This document shows positions 9,204 through 18,497 of a DNA stretch of 64,000 bases, piece after piece. The position numbers and the translations under genes are program-made. This DNA comes from Candidatus Aminicenantes bacterium (lineage in GTDB: Bacteria; Acidobacteriota; Aminicenantia; Aminicenantales; Aminicenantaceae): contig JAFGMO010000009.1 in the NCBI GenBank assembly GCA_016927475.1, positions 1,789-65,788 on the forward strand, in the 5' to 3' direction. Positions within the stretch are counted from its first letter, which is position 1. Each line of letters opens with the position of its first letter. The notes under the pieces are model-generated. The model did no database searches. It was not told the origin of the DNA and saw only the letters and a list, made by a program, of their open reading frames with translations.

Positions 9204-10321
9204 GGCTGCCTCCTTTTTGCGAGAAATCCCTCCAGCAAGCCGGCCATAGCTTCCGCATCTCCAAGGTCGATAACTTCAGCCGGAGTTCCTGAAAATTTCA
9301 CCGGGATCCCAAGAACAATGACATCACGGCTGTCTTTTTCAAATGGAGGCGTAAGGGATGAAGAAAAAAAATCCAAGTGCTGAAGAGGTATATTCCCTTC
9401 TTTAGCCATTTCCTGCAATGATGTTGCCAAGGCTCCGCTTTGCCTGCCTTGGACAAGGATGGGACCTCCTCCTAAAGAAAGAAAATCCGCGTTTTCGTTT
9501 ACCGGAACGGCCTCCAGGATAAGAATTTTTTCATTTTTGAGAATCCTTGAAGAACGCAGGGCTCCTATTGATGTCCGCGGCCTCGACGAACGATGATAAA
9601 AACAGGTTTGGGCCATCCAGACAAAAGTCGCATCTGAAGAAGCGGTGGATACCACCGTTTTACACGCTGTCTGGACAAGAACGGCACAGCAAGCCCTTTT
9701 TCCCAGGCCATAACCAGCTCGTTTTTTCCCCGCCAGGACAGACCAATCATGTACCGGTAAAACAGGATCAAGTAGACGGACACCTCTCTTTTTTATGTCT
9801 TCTTCCTCCGAGGCTCCGATATCGAGAAAAAAATTCTCCAGGGAAAAAAGTCCCTCCAGTGAATCCCTTTGCGAGCGGGGAAAGATATGGAGCGAAGGCA
9901 GGGCCAGTACAGCGCTGACACTACTTGTTTCGGTCAGAATAAGCATCGGGTGCCCGGGATGAAAAGTATCATTATAAGAATCTGCCGGAACAATCCTGTC
10001 CAAACGCAGGTATCCATCCGTTGTTTTACCGCTCACGATGTAGCCCACCTCATCCATTGGTACCAAACAAGCTGTATAGCCCTCCCCATCCTCCAAGCTG
10101 AGATAGATACTGCCTAAGTTATCCTTTTTCCATTCTCCTTTAGGCAGGACTTTTTGTTCAATTAATCCAGCCAGATTCTCCTCGCCGCCGCAGGGAGCGT
10201 ATACGGCATAAAGAGACTGAAGAAGGGCTTCCAGATCCTGGGCACCAAAAAGAGAGAATGAAAGAAGTGAAACAAACAGCGGAATACAAAATAAGCGTTT
10301 TCTTTTTTTCTTTCTCATCAA
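9200..10321 (-). CDS. Secreted M42-like protein with degenerate active site (probable pseudo-peptidase)
   Basis: M42 fold motifs (APCGGE, MDEVGYIV, FLDIGAS..GV..LDPV) but metal ligands replaced; 4-bp overlap with the downstream M42 gene. Confidence 0.8.
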   Translation of the reverse strand: MMRKKKRKRLFCIPLFVSLLSFSLFGAQDLEALLQSLYAVYAPCGGEENLAGLIEQKVLPKGEWKKDNLGSIYLSLEDGEGYTACLVPMDEVGYIVSGKTTDGYLRLDRIVPADSYNDTFHPGHPMLILTETSSVSAVLALPSLHIFPRSQRDSLEGLFSLENFFLDIGASEEEDIKKRGVRLLDPVLPVHDWSVLAGKKRAGYGLGKRACCAVLVQTACKTVVSTASSDATFVWMAQTCFYHRSSRPRTSIGALRSSRILKNEKILILEAVPVNENADFLSLGGGPILVQGRQSGALATSLQEMAKEGNIPLQHLDFFSSSLTPPFEKDSRDVIVLGIPVKFSGTPAEVIDLGDAEAMAGLLEGFLAKRRQP

Positions 10322-10432
10322 ACCTCCGATATTTCGATGGGGACGGTTTTTGGTCCCGTCGAATCCAGCTTCCCTATTTTTCTTGCCCGGTTTTAAAATT
10401 AAGGGGCCATGTCTGGCAAGAGCCGGATTTAA

Positions 10433-11425
10433 CTACTTTAGATGAATGAAAGTTTTTAGATATTGGGCTCTAAAATATGAAGCTGCTTCCCCTATTCCCT
10501 TAACCTTGAGGTTCTGGTTTTTAAAAGACAAATTCCCTCTAAAATCTTGAATGCGTTCGAACCTGCGGGCAACCATCCAATCTTCCAATCCCTTTAGCAA
10601 TACCTTGATTTCATCCAAACCTTTCCGGTAAAGAACGCTGCAAACCTGTACGGCCACCGCTCCCCCCAGAAGCTGTTTGACCATAGTCTCCGGACTATTG
10701 ATCCCGCCGGAAGCCGCCAGGTCGCACGAAACACGACCCGCTAGGAGCGCCACCCATCTTAATGAATGGAAAAAATCACCAACACCGATAACACTTCGGG
10801 TTTTCAAGCTTTTAATATCAACATCCGGCTGAAGAAACCAGTTGAACAAAACAAGTGCGTCACACCCCGCATCCGCCAGCCGTTTCCCCAAATAAGGGAC
10901 AGATGTGATCTGTGCCGACAGTTTCACGGAAACAGGAATGGAGACACTCTTTTTGACTTCTTCCAGAATGCGAAGATGGCGGGTCTCATATTCCGAGCAG
11001 GGAACATCAAGCTCCAAAGGAAGAAAATACACGTTCAGCTCCAAACCGTCAGCCCCAGCATCTTGAAGCTGCTTGGCAAACCGCAGCCATAACGTCGGAG
11101 ACTGACAGTTGACGCTGGCGATTACCGGAATATCCACCTTCTTTTTCATTTCATTGATTTTGTCAACCATATGGCGGGGGGCATAATCAAGCAACCCGCC
11201 ATGACGCAAATAATCGATGGCTTCCGAATAGCCTCCGTACGTGCTCGGCGAAACATCCCCCTCCACCAAAAACTGTTCTTCAAAAATCGATTTGAGAACG
11301 ACGGCACCGGCGCCGGCCTCATGGCAGGCGATCACCTTTTCGACGTCCCCGGTCATGTCACTGCTGGCCACAATAAGGGGATTGCGCAGTTTCAAACCCA
11401 TATAGGTTGTGGATAAATCAGCCAT
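10433..11425 (-). CDS. Dihydroorotate dehydrogenase-like flavoprotein
   Basis: LSTTYMGLKLRNPLIVAS, GAVVLKSIFEEQ, PVIASVN, SVKLS, VLFN, LAASGG, GAVAVQVCS; ELNVY in place of the catalytic-Cys loop. Confidence 0.88.
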   Translation of the reverse strand: MADLSTTYMGLKLRNPLIVASSDMTGDVEKVIACHEAGAGAVVLKSIFEEQFLVEGDVSPSTYGGYSEAIDYLRHGGLLDYAPRHMVDKINEMKKKVDIPVIASVNCQSPTLWLRFAKQLQDAGADGLELNVYFLPLELDVPCSEYETRHLRILEEVKKSVSIPVSVKLSAQITSVPYLGKRLADAGCDALVLFNWFLQPDVDIKSLKTRSVIGVGDFFHSLRWVALLAGRVSCDLAASGGINSPETMVKQLLGGAVAVQVCSVLYRKGLDEIKVLLKGLEDWMVARRFERIQDFRGNLSFKNQNLKVKGIGEAASYFRAQYLKTFIHLK

Positions 11426-11446
11426 ATTTTTCTCCTTGAATGGTTT

Positions 11447-12880
11447 TCATATTTCTTTATTCATTGGAAAAATTTTCCCTGGATTGAGTATACGGTCAGG
11501 GTCAAAGACATCCTTGATCCCCCGCATCAAAGAGAGTGTTTCTTCGTCCAGAACCAGATCGATGAACGGTTGTTTGACGAGGCCTATTCCATGCTCACCG
11601 GAAATCATTCCTCCTCTTAACCGGCAGTCACGGTAGAGTTCTTCCCGCACTTGATCGATCTTAGGCCTCCACGTATTTTCCGGAACAGGGATTATTTTTC
11701 CATCCACATAACGGCCCTTCATGATGTGGGTGTGCACATTACCGTCAGCAGCATGTCCAAAAGTCGGGAGCCAAATGCCGTATTTCTCCGACACTTCTTG
11801 AACCTTCTTAACATGGACTGCTATCTCCCCTCTCGGAACGACAATATCCAGGATCTCAACGGTGTAGGTTTTGATCGCTTCATAAATTTTGCTCCGGATC
11901 TCCAGGACGTCCCGCTGCTTTTGGGGGCTGTCTGCGACAAAAACATCAAGGGCTCCTTTTTCAAAACAAATTTCAGCCACCTCTTCGGAAAGAAAATCCA
12001 GCTCATCGGTTCCACGAGCATCCAAGATGACGGCAAGATGGGTTTCCCCTTCGGCGCAGGGCCATTTTTTTTGGAGATAATCCTCCGTAACCTGAATGAC
12101 CTCCCTGGGGATAAATTCCACGGCCATTGGAAGGATGTTTTTTTTCAGGAGAAGAGGCACAGTCTCAATAGCTTCTTCCAACCCATGATAGGGAATGATG
12201 AGCGTTCGAATGGCTCCGGGAAAAGGTAAAAGCCGGATGACGGCTTCCGTGATCACTCCCAGCGTTCCTTCAGACCCTATCATCAAGTTGAGAAGGCTGT
12301 ATCCCGTGCTGCTTTTGATAAGCTTTCCACCCAAACGGATGATTTTTCCCGTCGGCAAAACAACCTCCAGGCCGCAGATATAATGACGAATCACACCGTA
12401 CTTTACGGCCCGGCTTCCACCGGCATTCGTGGCAATCAGGCCGCCGATAAAAGCGCTTTCGTCACCAGGATGGGGAGGAAAATATAGACCTTCATCCTCC
12501 ACGGCCCTGGAAAATTCCATCAGGGTTACTCCCGCTTCGACCACAGCCATCTGGCTGTCTTTGTCGATCTCTTTGATCCGGTTCATGTTTTCCAAGGATA
12601 GGACGATACCACCGTACTGCGGAACACATCCGCCGCAAAGACCGGTGGCCCCTCCCCGTGGAGTAACGGGAATGTTCTCTCTGCAGGCAAGTTTTAAGAT
12701 AGAGGACGTTTCAACCGCCGAAGAAGGTTTCACAACCATGTCGGGCATTCGACTGATTTCCTTCAGTGAAAATTCATCGTGACTGTAATCCAGCATCTTT
12801 TCCCGCTCTTTGATAATATTATGAACGCCAACAATATGTTCTAATTCGGCGAAAAGCTTACTGGAAATTTTTTTACCCAT
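11447..12880 (-). CDS. FAD-linked oxidase, GlcD/D-lactate dehydrogenase family
   Basis: PRGGATGLCGG, FPPHPG, GGLIATNAGG..VKYG, GSEGTLG, FGHAADGNVH, ISGEHGIG, LNPGK. Confidence 0.92.
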   Translation of the reverse strand: MGKKISSKLFAELEHIVGVHNIIKEREKMLDYSHDEFSLKEISRMPDMVVKPSSAVETSSILKLACRENIPVTPRGGATGLCGGCVPQYGGIVLSLENMNRIKEIDKDSQMAVVEAGVTLMEFSRAVEDEGLYFPPHPGDESAFIGGLIATNAGGSRAVKYGVIRHYICGLEVVLPTGKIIRLGGKLIKSSTGYSLLNLMIGSEGTLGVITEAVIRLLPFPGAIRTLIIPYHGLEEAIETVPLLLKKNILPMAVEFIPREVIQVTEDYLQKKWPCAEGETHLAVILDARGTDELDFLSEEVAEICFEKGALDVFVADSPQKQRDVLEIRSKIYEAIKTYTVEILDIVVPRGEIAVHVKKVQEVSEKYGIWLPTFGHAADGNVHTHIMKGRYVDGKIIPVPENTWRPKIDQVREELYRDCRLRGGMISGEHGIGLVKQPFIDLVLDEETLSLMRGIKDVFDPDRILNPGKIFPMNKEI

Positions 12881-12909
12881 GGCTGAACCACCTATTTCCC
12901 TCCATTTTT

Positions 12910-12933
12910 AAAAACCGTGGACACGGCTTTTTT
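12910..12933 (-). terminator. Rho-independent terminator of the BNR glycosidase gene
   Basis: Minus strand GCCGT-GTCC-ACGGT followed by TTTTT, at the stop of 12933..16097. Confidence 0.5.
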
Positions 12934-15900
12934 TATAAATCCTTAATATAAACGGCGGGAATCCCCTGCGAAATCATTTTTTGATTAAAGGCGGGTAAAT
13001 CCACCTTAAGAATTTGTTCAAACAATGTGATCTGCTCGCCGGCCTTTTGAGACAATTCTTCGAACAGGGAATATGATTGATCGGTCGGACGCGCATCCGC
13101 CGAAGCCACAACCCAGGCTAAAGCGGCGAGCTTGTTATCCAATAAAATGGGATAATTCAACGGATCCTGACCGCTTTTGGAGCGGGATTGGATGAGGACA
13201 TCTTCTACGGATATCAGTTTTCGCACGATGGCGGTCGCTTCCTTTATCAACTCCTTTTCCCCCATGCTGTGAAGCTTCTTATTGAGATCCTCAAACTGCT
13301 TCTTGATGTCCCGGAGTTTGTTGATAGTCCTGTTAACCTCGGAAATTTTATCCCTGATGGTCAAAAGAAAATCGAACTGCTCCTTAAAATCCTCTTGGGA
13401 AGTATCGATGCGCGGGTCCTTTTTCCATTCCCAGGAATGTTCCGCTGTCTGCTCCCCGACAGTCAAACGAACCTTATATGTTCCGGGAACGGCTATCGGT
13501 CCGCTGAGCATACCTCCCCAAAGCACGGCTCCGGGCACACTTACGGCATCGGGATATCTCATATCCCATTCAAACCTGTTCATACCGGCATCCGACGTTA
13601 CCCGTGCCGTTCTTCCCGATCGGAACCTGCTTGCACCGGCTTCCCGGCCTCCGGATGCCATTCCCGAAAAGCGGCGAATGAGATGGCCTTCCATGTCCAT
13701 AAATTCAAGAACAACAGAAGTTTTGGGCTTTTCCTTCAAATAATAATTGATAACCGAACCCGACGGGGGATTTTCGCCCAGACCGGGAAAGGAAAAACTT
13801 CGCCCCGGCATCCGGTAAGCATCGCGGGGTTTGAACAAGAAAATCTCTTTTTCCGCCATCTCCCCGTCGATCTGATGAAGGGGAGTCAGATTGTCCAGTA
13901 TCCAGAAGGAGCGGCCGTGGGTAGCTGCAACCAGGTCATTATCCTTAATCACCATATCGTGAACGGGCACAACGGGAAGGTTGAGCTGGAGGGAATCCCA
14001 GGTTTCCCCGTCGTTGAATGATACGAAAACACCTGTCTCAGTCCCCACATAGAGTAATCCTTCCCTTTTCGGGTCTTCTCGGACCACCCTGACAAAAGTT
14101 TCTTCGGGAAACTGGTCCGATATTTTTTTCCATGATTTTCCATAATCTTCCGTCTTAAAAATGTAAGGCTGGAAATCGTCCAGTTCGTGGCAGTCAACAG
14201 CTAGATAGGCCGTGGACGGATTGAACGAGGAAGGCTCGATCATGCTGACCAATCCCCACTCGGGCATTTGCTTTGGAGTGATATTACTCCAGTTCCGGCC
14301 CCCGTCCTTTGTGATATGGACCAAACCGTCATCCGAACCCACCCAGAGAATACCGGGATCAAAATATGATTCGGCCAGGGCAAAAATCGTGCAGTAATAC
14401 TCTACACTGGTGTTGTCCTTGGTGATGGGCCCTCCTGAGGATTGCTGTTTGGATTTATCATCGCGGGTCAGGTCCGGACTGATCACCTCCCAACTCTGTC
14501 CTTCGTTCGTTGTTTTGAAGAGAACCTGGGCGGCATGGTATAAAACATTGGAATCAAATCGGGAGACAAGGATGGGAGCGGTCCATTGAAACCGGTATTT
14601 CAGCTTCGCCGCACCCCAGCCCATGGGATTATCCGGCCAGGCTGTGATGATGCGTGTCCGACGCGTCTCGTAATCCCACCGTGTTATCAAACCTCCGTAA
14701 CTCCCGGCATAGACGATATCCGGGTTATCATGGCGGGGGGCGATATGACCGCTTTCTCCCCCGCCCACGGAATGCCAGTCCGTTACATCGATTCCGTATC
14801 CCGGGGACCGGCTAAGAATACGGACCGTCGAATTGTCCTGCTGGGCACCGTAAACCCTGTAAGGAAAAAAGCTGTCGGTAACAACATGGTAAAACTGAGC
14901 GGTCGGCTGGTTGTCCTGGGCGGTCCAGCTTTGTCCGCCGTTTTGGCTGACATTGGCCCCGCCGTCGTTTGAATTTATCATACGGCGGTGATCGTCGGGA
15001 TCAATCCACAAATCGTGATTATCACCATGAGGGACGCGCAAACCGGAGTAAGTTCTCCCGCCGTCGACCGACTTGTAGAGTCCCGTATTCAAGACATAGA
15101 CGGTATCGGGATTCTGAGGACAGGCATAGATACGGGAATAGTACCAGGCCCTCTGCCGAAGTCTCCGGTCGTTATTGACATTCATCCAATATTCTCCTCC
15201 GTCATCTGACCGGAAAACGCCGCCGTTTTGGGCTTCGACGACGGCCCAGAGCCTATCCGGGTGGACAGGAGAAACCGTTATTCCGATTTTTCCTAAAACA
15301 CCCCGGGGAAGGCCGGGTTGTCGTGTTATTTCTTTCCATGTATCCCCGCCGTCCACTGATTTATATATCCCGCTCCCCGGCCCTCCGCTGGAGAGACTGT
15401 AAGGCGTTCGAAAAAATTCCCAAAGGGCGGCATACATGATACGGGGATTAGAAGGATCCAGGATAAGGTCTATGGCTCCGGTTTTCTCATCTCTAAAAAG
15501 GATTTTTTCCCAGGTGGTGCCTCCGTCCCGGGAGCGAAAAACACCTCGTTGAGGATTGGGACCGTAAACATGTCCCAAGGCGGCCACATAAACAAGATCC
15601 GGATTCCGGGGATGAATGCGGATCCTTGATATTTGGCTGGTATCTTCCAATCTTATATGGTCCCATGTTTTTCCAGCATCGGTGGATTTGTAGACACCAT
15701 TCCCATGGGAAACATTCCCCCGTACAGGAGCCTCCCCCATCCCGACGTAGACGACATTAGGATCCCATTCGGAAACAGCAATAGCCCCGACCGATCCCGT
15801 TTGAAAAAAACCGTCGGATATTGGCTGCCAGTTGAGTCCGCTGTCTTCCGTCTTCCAGACACCGCCACCCGTGCATCCGAAATAATAGACATTGTCTTGC

Positions 15901-16097
15901 CCACGGACCCCGGTAACCGCCGTCGCCCGGCCGCCCCTGTAAGGTCCGATGCAACGCCATTTTAAGGCATTATAAAGGGAAGTATCATAGTATTCGGCCT
16001 TCTTTTCAACGGAGGCGGACGAAATACTTTGTCCCAAGAGAACTAAAAACAAAACACCAATCGAAACCGAAAAAAGCCTTTTCCGGAATATAAACAT
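12933..16097 (-). CDS. Secreted BNR/Asp-box (VPS10/sortilin-like) glycosyl hydrolase-family protein
   Basis: WRCIGPYRGGR N-terminus and many SxDGGxTW Asp-boxes; signal peptide. GGAGG 6 nt before ATG 16097 suggests this start rather than 16148. Confidence 0.85.
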   Translation of the reverse strand: MFIFRKRLFSVSIGVLFLVLLGQSISSASVEKKAEYYDTSLYNALKWRCIGPYRGGRATAVTGVRGQDNVYYFGCTGGGVWKTEDSGLNWQPISDGFFQTGSVGAIAVSEWDPNVVYVGMGEAPVRGNVSHGNGVYKSTDAGKTWDHIRLEDTSQISRIRIHPRNPDLVYVAALGHVYGPNPQRGVFRSRDGGTTWEKILFRDEKTGAIDLILDPSNPRIMYAALWEFFRTPYSLSSGGPGSGIYKSVDGGDTWKEITRQPGLPRGVLGKIGITVSPVHPDRLWAVVEAQNGGVFRSDDGGEYWMNVNNDRRLRQRAWYYSRIYACPQNPDTVYVLNTGLYKSVDGGRTYSGLRVPHGDNHDLWIDPDDHRRMINSNDGGANVSQNGGQSWTAQDNQPTAQFYHVVTDSFFPYRVYGAQQDNSTVRILSRSPGYGIDVTDWHSVGGGESGHIAPRHDNPDIVYAGSYGGLITRWDYETRRTRIITAWPDNPMGWGAAKLKYRFQWTAPILVSRFDSNVLYHAAQVLFKTTNEGQSWEVISPDLTRDDKSKQQSSGGPITKDNTSVEYYCTIFALAESYFDPGILWVGSDDGLVHITKDGGRNWSNITPKQMPEWGLVSMIEPSSFNPSTAYLAVDCHELDDFQPYIFKTEDYGKSWKKISDQFPEETFVRVVREDPKREGLLYVGTETGVFVSFNDGETWDSLQLNLPVVPVHDMVIKDNDLVAATHGRSFWILDNLTPLHQIDGEMAEKEIFLFKPRDAYRMPGRSFSFPGLGENPPSGSVINYYLKEKPKTSVVLEFMDMEGHLIRRFSGMASGGREAGASRFRSGRTARVTSDAGMNRFEWDMRYPDAVSVPGAVLWGGMLSGPIAVPGTYKVRLTVGEQTAEHSWEWKKDPRIDTSQEDFKEQFDFLLTIRDKISEVNRTINKLRDIKKQFEDLNKKLHSMGEKELIKEATAIVRKLISVEDVLIQSRSKSGQDPLNYPILLDNKLAALAWVVASADARPTDQSYSLFEELSQKAGEQITLFEQILKVDLPAFNQKMISQGIPAVYIKDL

Positions 16098-16119
16098 AAA
16101 CATCCTCCAAAACATTCTA

Positions 16120-16133
16120 CCTGCATTATTGAA
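16120..16133. repeat. Solo terminal motif of the dispersed repeat
   Basis: CCTGCATTATTGAA matches the repeat terminus CCTGCATTATTCA at 12/13. Confidence 0.45.
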
Positions 16134-16320
16134 AAATTTTTTTGTCAATAATACTGGTTTACATATACGCTATTTAACCCGTATTATTGAAAAATATCAA
16201 CAATTTTCGGCCAGGTGGAACCTTTTGAAGGGACAATACCAACCTAACATTTAGAAAACAACCTGTTTAAAATCTATCAAATTCCCGTTTTTATCTGTAA
16301 GACTGATTCAGATGAGCCTT

Positions 16321-18150
16321 CTATGTCCCCATAATTTTCTTTACCGCATTTTTTATATGATCGGCATCAATACCGTACTTATGCAGCAGTTCTTCGGGTT
16401 TACCGGAACGCGGAAGTTCCCTCACCGCCAGATGGATCAGCCGGATCTCGCCGGCTAGAGAAATCGCCACGGCTTCCCCCAGGCCGCCTGAGGCGAAATG
16501 GTCTTCGGCCACAACGATTTTGTTTCCGCACTCCGCGGCTGATTTCCGCATTATACCGGTATCTAGGGGCTGGATGGAATAGGCATCGATAATCCTGATG
16601 AAAATATCTTCCTTTTTCAGTTCTTCATAAGCTTTAAGAGCTTCATGAACGGTAATCCCCGCGGCAATAACGCAGGCAGAATCCTTTCGGGAACTTCTCA
16701 GAATCTTGCTTCCCCCGATGGGAAATTTTTCTTTTTTGTCATAGAGGACTTGAGTTGCCGGACGTGTCGTTCGTAGATAGCTTAATCCTTTATGCCGGGC
16801 CATCATCTCAAAGCAGGATTCCGTGGAAGGCGCATCGCAGGGGTAGAGTACGACACACCCGGGTAGGGGCCGAAACATAGCCATGTCTTCAAGTCCCATC
16901 TGTGAAGGGCCGTCGGCGCCGATGCTGACCCCGGAATGAGATCCGACAAATTTTATATTGGCCATGGAATAAGCCGCCATGCGTATCTGGTCATGAGCCC
17001 GGCTCCAGAACGCTGAAAAAGTGGCCGCAAAAGGGATAAATCCCTTGGCTGACAGACCTATGGCCATTCCGGCCATATTTTGTTCCGCGATATAAAGCTG
17101 AAAAGACCTCTTGGGATAAGCTTTCATAAAGGTTTCGGCATAGGTGGAATTTTTGACATCGCCATCGAGAACGACTAAGGCCGTATTGACCTTTCCGAGG
17201 CTGGCCAGGGCATTGCCGTAAGCCCGGCGGGTTGCCGTGGGTTTAGTGTAGTCCATCCGGGAAAAACGGAAATTTTTTTTCAAGGGGATAAGAGTCGTTT
17301 TTCGCGGCTTTTTTACATAACGGCTGGCATCAACCTCCGGCATAGGACCCAAAATTTTTAGGGCTCTAGCCAAGTCCTCCTCAGAAAGGGGTTTTCCATG
17401 CCATCCGTTGAGGTCCTCTATGAAAGGGACACCTTTACCTTTTATGGTCTTGGCCAGGACAGCCGCGGGCTTGGTGGTCTTGGCTGCTTTTTTTAAGGCT
17501 TCCAGGACGGCTTCAATCTTGTTCCCATCGATGGAAACGGTATCCCACCCGAAGGCTTTAAATTTTCTTTCATAGGCCTTAACCTGGTGGCCATGAAATG
17601 TGGCATCCGACTGGCCCAAACGGTTGATATCAACGATCGCCGTCAGGTTGTCCAGGTCAAAAGATGCGGCGGCGTTGGCGGCCTCCCAAACAGCGCCTTC
17701 AGCACACTCTCCGTCACCCATCAACACAAAAACCCTTGCCGGTGATTTTCGCATTTTTGCAGCTAAGGCCATTCCAACACCGACCGATAATCCTTGTCCC
17801 AAAGACCCGGTGGCGGCTTTAACCCATTTCATCCGTGGAGTAGGATGGCCTTCAAGATTGCTCGTTAAATGTCTTAAAGTTTTTAATTTGTCCTGAGGGA
17901 TAATCCCCGCTTCCGCATAAACCGCCCACAGAAGCGGTGCAGCATGCCCCTTGGATAGGACAAACTCGTCATTGGATTCATCCATGGGGTTCTGAGGATT
18001 ATAACGCATCTCGTCAAAAAACAAACAGGCCGCGATTTCCGCAGCAGAGAGACATGTCGTCGGATGCCCTGATCCCGCCTTTGTCGTCATCTTGAGTGAA
18101 TGAATCCGCAGCCTTTTAGCGATTTTTTCCAAAATATCTTTTTTATCCAT
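16321..18150 (-). CDS. tkt: Transketolase (single-chain)
   Basis: GSGHPTT, LSKGHAAP, LEGHPTP, ATGSLGQG, ThDP motif GDGE..EG..WEA..NRLGQ, YIAEQNM, GADGPSQM. Confidence 0.96.
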   Translation of the reverse strand: MDKKDILEKIAKRLRIHSLKMTTKAGSGHPTTCLSAAEIAACLFFDEMRYNPQNPMDESNDEFVLSKGHAAPLLWAVYAEAGIIPQDKLKTLRHLTSNLEGHPTPRMKWVKAATGSLGQGLSVGVGMALAAKMRKSPARVFVLMGDGECAEGAVWEAANAAASFDLDNLTAIVDINRLGQSDATFHGHQVKAYERKFKAFGWDTVSIDGNKIEAVLEALKKAAKTTKPAAVLAKTIKGKGVPFIEDLNGWHGKPLSEEDLARALKILGPMPEVDASRYVKKPRKTTLIPLKKNFRFSRMDYTKPTATRRAYGNALASLGKVNTALVVLDGDVKNSTYAETFMKAYPKRSFQLYIAEQNMAGMAIGLSAKGFIPFAATFSAFWSRAHDQIRMAAYSMANIKFVGSHSGVSIGADGPSQMGLEDMAMFRPLPGCVVLYPCDAPSTESCFEMMARHKGLSYLRTTRPATQVLYDKKEKFPIGGSKILRSSRKDSACVIAAGITVHEALKAYEELKKEDIFIRIIDAYSIQPLDTGIMRKSAAECGNKIVVAEDHFASGGLGEAVAISLAGEIRLIHLAVRELPRSGKPEELLHKYGIDADHIKNAVKKIMGT

Positions 18151-18468
18151 AAAACCTATTTCCTCCTGTATATATTATGTTTATGACGTGAACTTAGATT
18201 TCCATCCTCTGTTTTCGCCTGACTCGTCCGGATGACCCAGGCGGAAGAAAGAATAATATGACGAAAAATATCAAACATTTGAAGCCGGCCACTCAGGGGG
18301 CGGCGGTTGGACAAAGGTGAAAAATTGCGCGGGTTCTTGTTGCGCAGGACCCCTCTCAATAAAGCTTGGATTGAAATTTCCCTGATCAAACTCTTTTTTT
18401 TCCCTCCAAACTCCTTGTAGAAGGGCTATTATATAAAGTTCAAACAGCCATCACAAGAAATTTATCAA

Positions 18469-18483
18469 CCTGCATTATTCATA
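18469..18483. repeat. Solo terminal motif of the dispersed repeat
   Basis: CCTGCATTATTCATA is an exact 15-nt reverse complement of the right end of the 32447-32716 copy. Confidence 0.6.
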
Positions 18484-18497
18484 GGAAAATTCAGGTT

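Noticed and set aside
18190-18400. Assignment as 6S RNA or a TPP/cobalamin/c-di-nucleotide riboswitch
   Set aside because: Required consensus motifs and a closing stem were not found; kept only as an unassigned structured region.
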